Positions 38,941-45,912 of a stretch of 64,000 nucleotides of DNA are shown here, piece after piece (the first letter of the stretch is position 1; every line of letters starts with the position of its first letter). A model generated the notes under the pieces. The model saw only the letters and a program-made list of their open reading frames with translations, was not told where the DNA came from and ran no database searches. Origin of the DNA: an uncultured Chloroflexia bacterium (GTDB taxonomy: Bacteria > Chloroflexota > Anaerolineae > Anaerolineales > UBA11858); NCBI GenBank assembly GCA_963783765.1, contig CAWAOV010000002.1, positions 18,927-82,926 of the forward strand, written 5' to 3'. Both the position numbers and the translations under genes were made by a program.

Positions 38941-39279
38941 ATGTCTGAAAAGAAAGGGTTATTTGGATTATTTGGAAAAAAAGAGGAAGAAGTGAAGAAG
39001 GACGTTGCCAGAAAGGCAGATGTAGCCGGAACTTCCACCAAGGCAGATATCGATAAAGCCAAAGCCGATATGCTCAAAAAGCAGAAAGAGCTGATGAAAG
39101 AGGCCAAGGAAGTAAAGAAATATACTGTCGTTGCTGGTGACACCTTAAGCGGCATTGCCCAGAAACAATATGGTGATATTGGCAAATACATGAAAATCTA
39201 CGAAGCCAATAAAGCCCTTATCGGCGACAACCCGGACCTGATCAAAGTCGGCATGGAATTGATCATTCCCAAACTCTAA
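38941..39279 (+). CDS. Cytoplasmic-type LysM protein (Kbp/YgaU C-terminal-like) with Lys/Glu-rich N-terminus
   Basis: YTVVAGDTLSGIAQKQYGDIGKYMKIYEANKALIGDNPDLIKVGMELIIP; no signal peptide. Confidence 0.7.
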   Translation: MSEKKGLFGLFGKKEEEVKKDVARKADVAGTSTKADIDKAKADMLKKQKELMKEAKEVKKYTVVAGDTLSGIAQKQYGDIGKYMKIYEANKALIGDNPDLIKVGMELIIPKL

Positions 39280-39371
39280 CTATCAAAATAAACCCTTCCT
39301 GTTCCAGGGAAGGGTTTTTCATGTCAAAAATTAAGTTGCACCGTTTATAAGTTTTGAAAAAGGAGTCAAAA

Positions 39372-39776
39372 ATGGCAAAATTAGAACTCGTAGAAGGCAT
39401 TGGCCCAAAATATGCCAAGGACCTTCGCAAAATTGGCGTAAAAAGCACCGGTGACCTGCTGAAAAAAGGCGGCACCGCTAAAGGCCGCGAGCAGCTAGCC
39501 AAAGATTCCGGGATCGGTAAAAAACTGATCCTGGAATGGGTCAACCATGTCGATCTGTTCCGCATTAAAGGTGTGGGCGAGGAATATGCCGACCTGCTGG
39601 AAGAAGCTGGCGTAGACACTGTTGTTGAGCTGGCTCAGCGCAACGCAGAAAACCTGTATACCGCGATCCTGGAAACCAATACCAAGAAGAAATTGGTCCG
39701 CCAGACCCCATCCCAGAAGATGGTCAGTGGTTGGGTGAAGCAAGCTAAAAAACTGCCCCGGAAGGTTGAGTACTAG
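39372..39776 (+). CDS. DUF4332 (helix-hairpin-helix) domain protein
   Basis: AAGGAG RBS, then MAKLELVEGIGPKYAKDLRKIGV...LFRIKGVGEEYADLLEEAGVDTV. The ORF opens at 39354. Confidence 0.65.
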   Translation: MAKLELVEGIGPKYAKDLRKIGVKSTGDLLKKGGTAKGREQLAKDSGIGKKLILEWVNHVDLFRIKGVGEEYADLLEEAGVDTVVELAQRNAENLYTAILETNTKKKLVRQTPSQKMVSGWVKQAKKLPRKVEY

Positions 39777-39825
39777 ACCCTAAAACTTCCGAAGTCCACC
39801 AGGGATTGAGTCCTTTGAAATAGTA

Positions 39826-39856
39826 AACTTCCGAAGTCTTGAAGACTTCGGAAGTT
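39826..39856. repeat. Nested-palindrome hairpin AACTTCCGAAGTCTT-G-AAGACTTCGGAAGTT
   Basis: Perfect 15-bp arms around one central nt. Each arm contains the sub-palindrome CTTC-N-GAAG. A half copy AACTTCCGAAGTCC lies at 39784-39797. Confidence 0.7.
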
Positions 39857-39863
39857 AAACAAC

Positions 39864-39894
39864 AAAAAAACCCCGCAATAGCGGGGTTTTTTTT
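39864..39894. terminator. Bidirectional intrinsic terminator
   Basis: A7-CCCCGC-AATA-GCGGGG-T8 between convergent genes. Confidence 0.8.
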
Positions 39895-39910
39895 ATAAAC
39901 AATCGGGTTG

Positions 39911-40513
39911 TTATTGACTCAAGCTGCTCATCAGGGTCTTTAAAAGCACATCGCCGACCAGTTTGCTGGACTGGGCCCGGTGAGGGGTTTCGCCCATCTT
40001 GCTGGAAGAGATCACTGCGTCCAGCGCGGCTTCCAGGTTGCTGTCGCCCTCACCTTTGGACTGCATAAAGGCTGCGCCCGCGCTGAGGATATCACCCAGA
40101 TCCAGGCCGTCATCGCCGCCCAGGGATCCCATCACGGAATCCAGCAGGCCGCCAGCGCCCTGGGAAACTTTCGCTTCCCCGCCGCCCAGCATGGTCTGCA
40201 GGAGAGGCAAAATGCTATTGATATCCAGGTCCTTGCCCTGGAAGGTTTCCGCTGCCTGGGCCAGGCCTTTGGCGTACACCGCTGCCGAGCCGCTCGGTTT
40301 TTCAGTCAGCAGTTTGCTGGCCGTGGCCAAACCGCTGGCCAGGTCATTATTGGGTGCTTCTTTGACGGCGCCGGTGATCGACTGGAAAATGTCCACCATA
40401 TGGTCGCCGTGGTCCTGGTTGTATTCATCGGCTTGATTGAGGGAAGCCTGGTTTTCCACCAGGGTTTCCGCGACAGCCGAAAAGATCTTCACGAGATCTA
40501 CATTACTGCTCAT
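39911..40513 (-). CDS. Hypothetical Gly/Ala-rich helical protein, possibly a degenerate DAK2/DhaL-like domain
   Basis: LNQADEYNQDHGDHM resembles LD...GDGDHG.NM, and SGSAAVY resembles GG.SG.LY. This is a weak by-eye resemblance only. Confidence 0.3.
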   Translation of the reverse strand: MSSNVDLVKIFSAVAETLVENQASLNQADEYNQDHGDHMVDIFQSITGAVKEAPNNDLASGLATASKLLTEKPSGSAAVYAKGLAQAAETFQGKDLDINSILPLLQTMLGGGEAKVSQGAGGLLDSVMGSLGGDDGLDLGDILSAGAAFMQSKGEGDSNLEAALDAVISSSKMGETPHRAQSSKLVGDVLLKTLMSSLSQ

Positions 40514-40550
40514 TTTTTCTCCTTGATACTACGAATAAGGGATGGTAGTT

Positions 40551-40796
40551 CTATTTCTTGGGCGGGATCTTCAGGGTCTGGCCCACTTTAATATCATCAG
40601 CACTGGAAAGAACGTCTTTGTTGGCTTCATAGATATCGTTGAATTTTGCGGCATCGCCGTAGACCTTCTCAGCGATCTTGGACAGGGTGTCCCCGGCTTT
40701 TACGGTATAGGATTCAATTATGCCTGATTTTTTGGGATCGAAGCTGAAACCTTTCTTTTCTTCGGAATCATGGGGTTTGGCTGCTTTTTCCATCAT
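40551..40796 (-). CDS. Small cytoplasmic-type LysM protein (Kbp/YgaU C-terminal-like)
   Basis: YTVKAGDTLSKIAEKVYGDAAKFNDIYEANKDVLSSADDIKVGQTLKIP; paralogue of 38941..39279. Confidence 0.7.
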   Translation of the reverse strand: MMEKAAKPHDSEEKKGFSFDPKKSGIIESYTVKAGDTLSKIAEKVYGDAAKFNDIYEANKDVLSSADDIKVGQTLKIPPKK

Positions 40797-40880
40797 TTTC
40801 TCCTTAGGTGTTGGGTTTTCTGGGGTCGATTATAACAAGCGGGCTGAGGGTGGTCAATTGAATTGGATTAGAAAGCTGTT

Positions 40881-40918
40881 AAAAAGGGAACATCCGGAGT
40901 TATCAAAACCTCCGGATG
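40881..40918 (-). terminator. Intrinsic terminator closing the 43974->40986 minus-strand gene string
   Basis: Minus strand: CATCCGGAG-10 nt-CTCCGGATG, then TTCCCTTTTT. Confidence 0.6.
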
Positions 40919-40985
40919 CCCTGACACCTGCCCCCCTCGTTGATTAGTCTTCTACAAAACTAATCTAAAAGCGAACATATATAAA

Positions 40986-41396
40986 TTAATTAATCATGAG
41001 AATATTCTTATTATCAAACTTGCCTGTCAATATTTCTATATCCATCAAAGTTAACAATATTATTCCAATTGAGGTAAAGGAAAAATAATAAATAACACTT
41101 TGCAACCCAATCACTAATAGAGCTAACGGGATTGTAATAATCCATGCCAAATCCAATAAATCCGGTCTTCCAATAAATAGTGATCTAACAATTTGGTTTA
41201 GAAAGTCAAAAGGAATAATACTGGAAACAATACTACAGATTACTGATGCGATTGCTACTTTCGAAAACCATTTACTATAATTGATTAATTTTTCTGGGTG
41301 ATAATGAAAATTCATATTCTTCTTGTCTTGAGAAATACTTACTCCCTGATATTTTCCAATGTTTTCTACAATTTTAACAAGAACCTCTAAAGCCAA
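40986..41396 (-). CDS. Small AT-rich membrane protein (candidate immunity-type protein)
   Basis: 136 aa from a TTG start (alternative ATG at MNFHYHPEK), 2-3 TM helices; sampled 60-nt lines are about 23-37% G+C. Confidence 0.4.
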   Translation of the reverse strand: MALEVLVKIVENIGKYQGVSISQDKKNMNFHYHPEKLINYSKWFSKVAIASVICSIVSSIIPFDFLNQIVRSLFIGRPDLLDLAWIITIPLALLVIGLQSVIYYFSFTSIGIILLTLMDIEILTGKFDNKNILMIN

Positions 41397-41404
41397 AGAT
41401 ATCC

Positions 41405-41653
41405 TTAAGAATCAACCAAACAGAGATCCCAATCATTAGAGATTTCAACTTCTCCAAACACTACAGTAGCAATATAGAGTATCGGTCTTTTCTGAGTGAT
41501 AATAATCAACTCATATGGAATCGTTGCTATATAAAATACTTCACTAATAAACCCAAGAATAAACAAAGTAATAACAAACCAGGAGAGTTTATTTGCGTGC
41601 TTTGCTATTTTCATTAATTTATTAGAGTTTCTGAAGATTCCATTTTCATTCAT
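41405..41653 (-). CDS. Small AT-rich two-TM protein (candidate immunity-type protein)
   Basis: MNENGIFRNSNKLMKIAKHANKLSWFVITLFILGFI...ILYIATVVFG. The ORF opens at a TTG at 41665. Confidence 0.4.
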   Translation of the reverse strand: MNENGIFRNSNKLMKIAKHANKLSWFVITLFILGFISEVFYIATIPYELIIITQKRPILYIATVVFGEVEISNDWDLCLVDS

Positions 41654-41727
41654 CTCATTTTCCAATATCAGGCATCCAAATAATAGGGATTCTAATCAAA
41701 TTTATTAATTAAGGCCTATGTTCATGA

Positions 41728-42687
41728 CTAATCCTGTTTATGAAATTCATGAATTAGAAAACCTGATCTTTTACTATTAGAAACTAACTTGATATAAATA
41801 GTGTTGAGAGTATTTGGGATAATTTTATAATCAGGGTCTACAGGAATAGCACGGAAACTGCCGGATTCTATCCTAATTTTGTCAAAAATATCCGTTCCCG
41901 TTTGGAATTTTGGATAAATTTCTTCATATTCCTTCATTTGATGTGAGTTTTCAATATTTGATCCAATATTAATACCCTCAATTGTAAGAGTTTCATTCCC
42001 CTTATTAATTACAACAATATCGTCAATTTTCTGACCATCAGGAACATCAGAATACATAATGATAGCCTGTGCATCAGGTTTATAACTAGGACCCTGCAAT
42101 ATGTTAGTAGTATCCCTAACTAACACAAGGACCCTACTAATTAACTTAAATAATAACATTCCTGGTGTGCTGGCACCTCCCCCTCCTCCTGTATATCCGG
42201 AGTAACTATTTTCAACCTTTTCGATACCATATCCAGCTCCTGGACCTCCTTTCAGATATACAACATCACTTACTTCAAACTCCCTGTCTACCAATAATTC
42301 TTTGAGTCTTTCATCCTCATCACATAACTTCTTGATTTTTTGATCCACAACATCAAGGGAGGCCGTTTGATGTTTGGGAATTTCATCGTACCCAGCAACC
42401 ACCCTCACAGTCTCATACTGCGGCATCTCCCGGGTGACGATCTTGGTACCAACCTGGACCTGCCGGTCTTCAAATACGGGGATGGTCTCAGTAATGGTTT
42501 TGTACCCGGCCAGGACCTGTTTTTGTTCGAACCTGGGCACATTTTCTGTAACAGCCTTATATCCTGAGATAACCTTGACTTCTTTATATATAGGGACCTC
42601 AACAGAAATGGTTTTGGTGGATTTATAGGGTACCTGTTTGGTAATCGGCACTCGTTTCCAGCGAACTTGATTTTTATAACCGACCAC
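41728..42687 (-). CDS. 19-residue-repeat protein, C-terminal part: repeats 7-11, Gly-rich linker, AT-rich C-terminal domain
   Basis: VPIYKEVKVISGYKAVTEN / VPRFEQKQVLAGYKTITET / IPVFEDRQVQVGTKIVTRE / MPQYETVRVVAGYDEIPKH, then GGPGAGYG...GYTGGGGGASTPG, then about 150 aa with no recognised motif. Confidence 0.55.
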   Translation of the reverse strand: MVGYKNQVRWKRVPITKQVPYKSTKTISVEVPIYKEVKVISGYKAVTENVPRFEQKQVLAGYKTITETIPVFEDRQVQVGTKIVTREMPQYETVRVVAGYDEIPKHQTASLDVVDQKIKKLCDEDERLKELLVDREFEVSDVVYLKGGPGAGYGIEKVENSYSGYTGGGGGASTPGMLLFKLISRVLVLVRDTTNILQGPSYKPDAQAIIMYSDVPDGQKIDDIVVINKGNETLTIEGINIGSNIENSHQMKEYEEIYPKFQTGTDIFDKIRIESGSFRAIPVDPDYKIIPNTLNTIYIKLVSNSKRSGFLIHEFHKQD

Positions 42688-43012
42688 AAATCGTTTTCCG
42701 CCGATATATCTATAAATCCGGCACCCGCTGGGTGGTTTTTTTCCAGACCAGTTCTTTGACCGTTTTATAACGTGTGACCGGAATCTCTTTCTTCACCAGC
42801 CTGGTACCGGCCTTTACCTTCTTGGTGGTATAGATCGGGACCTGTTTTGTAACAGATTCAACACCTACCTGCACTCGCCGGGTTTCATATCGGGGAACCT
42901 TTTTCTTGATCCCCCTTATCCCCACTTTGACCTTTCTGGTCTCGTACACCGGGACTTCTACTTCTACTGTTTTTATCCCTCTGTAAACGGTTTTCTCTTC
43001 ATAGCGGGGAAC
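42370..43012 (-). repeat. Eleven tandem ~57-nt (19-aa) coding repeats, consensus VPxYExxxVxxGxKxVxxx
   Basis: The repeat register is visible in the translations of ORFs 42710..43054 and 41728..42687 and continues across their junction. Confidence 0.75.
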
Positions 43013-43054
43013 CTGGATCACTTCTGGTTCAAGGGGCGGCAATGGACCCGCCAC
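42710..43054 (-). CDS. 19-residue-repeat protein, N-terminal part (repeats 1-6)
   Basis: GTG start directly after an in-frame TAG, with AAGGA 4 nt upstream. VPRYEEKTVYRGIKTVEVE / VPVYETRKVKVGIRGIKKK / VPRYETRRVQVGVESVTKQ / VPIYTTKKVKAGTRLVKKE... Confidence 0.55.
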   Translation of the reverse strand: MAGPLPPLEPEVIQVPRYEEKTVYRGIKTVEVEVPVYETRKVKVGIRGIKKKVPRYETRRVQVGVESVTKQVPIYTTKKVKAGTRLVKKEIPVTRYKTVKELVWKKTTQRVPDL

Positions 43055-43974
43055 CTATTCCTTTGCGGCGGGGATTGGCCAGCTGTTTCCTCAATGCAGA
43101 AAAAACACGCGATTCCTTCAAATCTGCTGCTTGGTTCAAGGTTAGCGCTAAAGCGGATATAACACTGAATAATCCCATCCAGGGAAGGGTGGGATCCATA
43201 GCAGCTGTTGAACTGTTTTTCTGGGGAATCATACCGGAGCTGCCCTGAATTCCCCACAAGGAGAGGAACTCCTTCCTGGACAGGACCGATTTCTCCATGT
43301 GCAGGATCATAGATGTTAATCCAATCACCATCCGCGGAAATTCCTGTCAGGGTTACAAAATGGCCTGGCTGTTCAGACCCATTGGTTCCCAGGGAGACAA
43401 CAACAGGTTTGGCTTGTCGTAATACCTCAGCCAGTTTCTCAAAACTCCAATCCTGGAAGAAGTAGCTTCCTTTAAAACCGATTTCCCTGGCTGCAAAAGT
43501 CAACTCCTCTATACCTGTACCCCAGTCATACATCAAGCCGCGAGCCGCTAAAAAGCTGCTCAGCTGGTTCAGGGTTGTTTCAGGTATTTTTTCAGCCGGA
43601 TTAAGCATATAAAGTGCATGGGCCAGGGCTGAAGGACCGCAGTTAACATCACTAAAGTCCCTGGCAGGGGTATTATCCACGATCACCTGCTCAGATGTAT
43701 GAGGTTCCAGGGCCACAAATGGTGGAGAATCCAATAAAACAGGCAAGGAAATATCAACCGGGGAAAAACTGTCGGAGGGATGGGTCTCCCCCACATTTCC
43801 CTCCGACAGAACCACATCCGGGTTGATCCCGGATATCACTGGCGCGGTGATCCAACCCGTCGGCTGCGGAGTGGGCGAAGCGAGAGGATCCACCCCTGCA
43901 AAAACGAGATCTGGACCAGCTGCCGCCGCCAATAATAAAAACAAAATACATGGAAAAAGGATCTTTTTGGCCAA
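43018..43974 (-). CDS. Secreted C39-like (papain-fold) cysteine peptidase; 3' third frame-disrupted
   Basis: TTG start after AGGGGG; signal peptide ILFPCILFLLLAAAAG; catalytic-Cys context DVNCGPSALAHAL; His context QPGHFVTLTGI. After DPAHGE the family-like sequence SVLSRKEFLSLWG continues in the frame of ORF 43029..43331. Confidence 0.6.
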   Translation of the reverse strand: MAKKILFPCILFLLLAAAAGPDLVFAGVDPLASPTPQPTGWITAPVISGINPDVVLSEGNVGETHPSDSFSPVDISLPVLLDSPPFVALEPHTSEQVIVDNTPARDFSDVNCGPSALAHALYMLNPAEKIPETTLNQLSSFLAARGLMYDWGTGIEELTFAAREIGFKGSYFFQDWSFEKLAEVLRQAKPVVVSLGTNGSEQPGHFVTLTGISADGDWINIYDPAHGEIGPVQEGVPLLVGNSGQLRYDSPEKQFNSCYGSHPSLDGIIQCYIRFSANLEPSSRFEGIACFFCIEETAGQSPPQRNRWRVHCRPLNQK

Positions 43975-44154
43975 GAATAACCCCCTGAAGTTACTGATTT
44001 GGCAGATTTGGATCTACAACGGTACTCTCTGTTTACTATCAACCTGGAAGAGTAATGAACCCCTATTTATCCAGGTGTATCGTCAGTGTACAACGGGCAA
44101 ATTTTGAAGTCAATAGGGCAGGGATTTGGGATTTTTGCTGGGTAACTTTAAACA

Positions 44155-44185
44155 GGAAACGGTTTCCTTGAAGGAAACCGTTTCC
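44155..44185 (-). terminator. GGAAACGGTTTCC-family nested-palindrome hairpin, copy 1
   Basis: GGAAACGGTTTCCTT-G-AAGGAAACCGTTTCC with perfect 15-bp arms, 30 nt downstream of the stop at 44215. Confidence 0.6.
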
Positions 44186-44214
44186 GCTACATGATATTCT
44201 TTTATGGGCCTGGA

Positions 44215-44445
44215 TCAGTCGTCAGATTCCTCGTCTTCTTTGTCCTCTTTATTACCCTCGTCTTCCTGATCTTCTTCACCACTTGAGCTGCCACTGGAAT
44301 CGCTGTCATCATCGCTTGAGCTGTCGCTGCCATCATCCTCAGAGTCATCATTCATATCATCATCAGAGTCATCATTCAGGTCGTCGCCGGAATCGTCATC
44401 CATCTCATCATCGGAGTCATCTATCCATGTCATCGTCCGAGTCAT
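44215..44445 (-). CDS. Anti-sigma-like protein, poly-Asp tail fragment
   Basis: Continues the DDSDDDMD periodicity of the upstream ORF once one nt near 44422 is removed. Confidence 0.6.
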   Translation of the reverse strand: MTRTMTWIDDSDDEMDDDSGDDLNDDSDDDMNDDSEDDGSDSSSDDDSDSSGSSSGEEDQEDEGNKEDKEDEESDD

Positions 44446-44560
44446 CGTTCAGGTCGTCATTGGAATCATCGTCCATGTCGTCATCGGAGTCATCGTCCAT
44501 GTCGTCGTCGGAATCATCGTTCATATCACCATCCAGATCAGCGCCTTCGCCGTAGATCTC
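44215..44560 (-). repeat. 24-nt (8-aa) coding periodicity DDSDDDMD, about 9 units
   Basis: DLDGDMND DSDDDMDD DSDDDMDD DSNDDLND DSDDDMD-D DSDDEMDD DSGDDLND DSDDDMND DSEDDGSD. Confidence 0.75.
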
Positions 44561-44995
44561 GAGGGCTAAAAGGGAGCCATCTGCCTGGGTCAGGGCTTCA
44601 ACCTTAACCAGGTCGCCAACTTCCAGGGCGCCTTTGAGCTCGGTCTGGGCATCCACGGCCACACTGATGCCGCTGACAACCCAGGTTCCTTCGCTTTTAA
44701 CTTCGATCAGGCCCCGGAATTCCACATCCTCTTCCCGGCCTTCACCCAGAAGGGATTCAACCTCATCCAATCTCTCATCTTCGAATTCAGATTCCAATTC
44801 CTGGCGGGTACCATCATTAAAGGACAGGGCTAGGCGGGCCTGTTCCCAGCCCCGTTTTAAACCGTACAGGCCGTCACCGGGCAAACTGGAGGCCGAGGCG
44901 TTGACCGTAAAGAACCCTGCGATCAGGACTGTCATTACTCCATAGATAGCTAAACGCGGTAAAAATTTCATTTCTGCATTCTCCTTTCCAACCAA
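44417..44995 (-). CDS. Anti-sigma-like protein, TM helix plus DUF5666-like beta domain plus start of poly-Asp tail
   Basis: KFLPRLAIYGVMTVLIAGFFTVNASASS aligns with the TM of paralogue 51090..52082. GLIEVKSEGTWVVSGISVAVDAQTELKGALEVGDLVKVEALTQADGSLLALEI resembles DUF5666. Confidence 0.6.
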   Translation of the reverse strand: MVGKENAEMKFLPRLAIYGVMTVLIAGFFTVNASASSLPGDGLYGLKRGWEQARLALSFNDGTRQELESEFEDERLDEVESLLGEGREEDVEFRGLIEVKSEGTWVVSGISVAVDAQTELKGALEVGDLVKVEALTQADGSLLALEIYGEGADLDGDMNDDSDDDMDDDSDDDMDDDSNDDLNDDSDDDMDR

Positions 44996-45309
44996 TAAAC
45001 TACCAATATTTTTGAACCACTGTCCTGAATAACGGGAGACTTCTTGGATTTTGTTCCGTTTTTGGTAAAAGCCCCAGAGGTTTTCATCCGGTCGACCTCA
45101 ACCAGCAGGCGGTTCCGACCTTCCCTCATCGATTTCTGATAGTCAGTTTCCGGCAGGGACCAGGCCGATAACGCGGCCTGAAGCAGCGGTTCTAACTTTT
45201 CTGAATAGCGGGGGTTTTCTTTCAGGATCTCCTGTAAAGAAACATCAGCTTCCAGCTGGGTCAGGCTTTTTTCCAGTATTAGTTCAAACTCTCTTTTCTT
45301 CATATACAA
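44968..45309 (-). CDS. Anti-sigma-like protein, cytoplasmic N-terminal fragment
   Basis: MYMKKREFELILEKSLTQLEADVSLQEILKENP... is paralogous to MFMMPRKFDRILEDCLSRMDRGESLIEILSVYP.... An ATGA overlap with the sigma gene stop is present. Confidence 0.6.
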   Translation of the reverse strand: MYMKKREFELILEKSLTQLEADVSLQEILKENPRYSEKLEPLLQAALSAWSLPETDYQKSMREGRNRLLVEVDRMKTSGAFTKNGTKSKKSPVIQDSGSKILVVYWLERRMQK

Positions 45310-45587
45310 TTTTCCTCTACCAGTTTTTGTTCCAGAGACCTGAGGGCCCGATGCTGCAAGGAACGCACAGCCCGGTCACTTTTCTTCAGGAGCTGGATGA
45401 TCTTTGGCGTTGAAAATCCATTAATAAAGCGGTACACCAATAATTGCCTCTGTGTTTCCGGCAGCAATCTTAAAGCTTTCCTGAAACACTCCGCCCGTTT
45501 GATTGTTCTGGACTTGCTGATCAGGACGCAGGCCCTGATCTTCCAATACTTCATCCATGATCTGTACTTCTGCTTTTTTCTCCTCAA
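45300..45587 (-). CDS. ECF-type sigma-70 factor, region-4 fragment
   Basis: Homologous from about 45500: RAECFRKALRLLPETQRQLLVYRFINGFSTPKIIQLLKKSDRAVRSLQHRALRSLEQKL. Confidence 0.7.
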   Translation of the reverse strand: MRRKKQKYRSWMKYWKIRACVLISKSRTIKRAECFRKALRLLPETQRQLLVYRFINGFSTPKIIQLLKKSDRAVRSLQHRALRSLEQKLVEENCI

Positions 45588-45906
45588 GGCGGTAGTGGTC
45601 TATTACCATATTCCTGGCGATGGCATAAAGCCAGGCCAAAAAGGGACGGCCTCGATCAACATAAGCGGGTAATTTATTGAGCATGCGTATAAAAACCTCG
45701 GCGCTGATGTCTTCAGCAGTCTGTGAATCACTGACCCTGTAATAGATATAGTTGTAGACGGCCCTGTAATGGCTGTCATATAGATCAGCGATCGCTTTTT
45801 TATCGCCGCGCTGAGCGCGCCGGATTAATTTCTTTTCTTTGTTTTCATCCATGGATTTCATCCTGATTAACGGGAAAAACTCGGTTTTGTTCCGCTGGGT
45901 ACTCAA
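45421..45906 (-). CDS. ECF-type sigma-70 factor, region-2 fragment
   Basis: RAQRGDKKAIADLYDSHYRAVYNYIYYRVSD...FLAWLYAIARNMVIDHYR. The likely start is the SMD Met at 45852, by alignment with the paralogue. Confidence 0.7.
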   Translation of the reverse strand: MSTQRNKTEFFPLIRMKSMDENKEKKLIRRAQRGDKKAIADLYDSHYRAVYNYIYYRVSDSQTAEDISAEVFIRMLNKLPAYVDRGRPFLAWLYAIARNMVIDHYRLEEKKAEVQIMDEVLEDQGLRPDQQVQNNQTGGVFQESFKIAAGNTEAIIGVPLY

Positions 45907-45912
45907 AAAAAT

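Noticed and set aside
39980-40591. 203-aa and 145-aa + strand ORFs
   Set aside because: They are antisense to ORF 39911..40513, which has the more protein-like composition and is bracketed by a terminator and RBS context.
40940-42360. Integrated mobile element or prophage remnant
   Set aside because: No integrase, transposase, tRNA target or flanking direct or inverted repeats were found. The low-GC segment starts inside an ORF, which points to cassette replacement.
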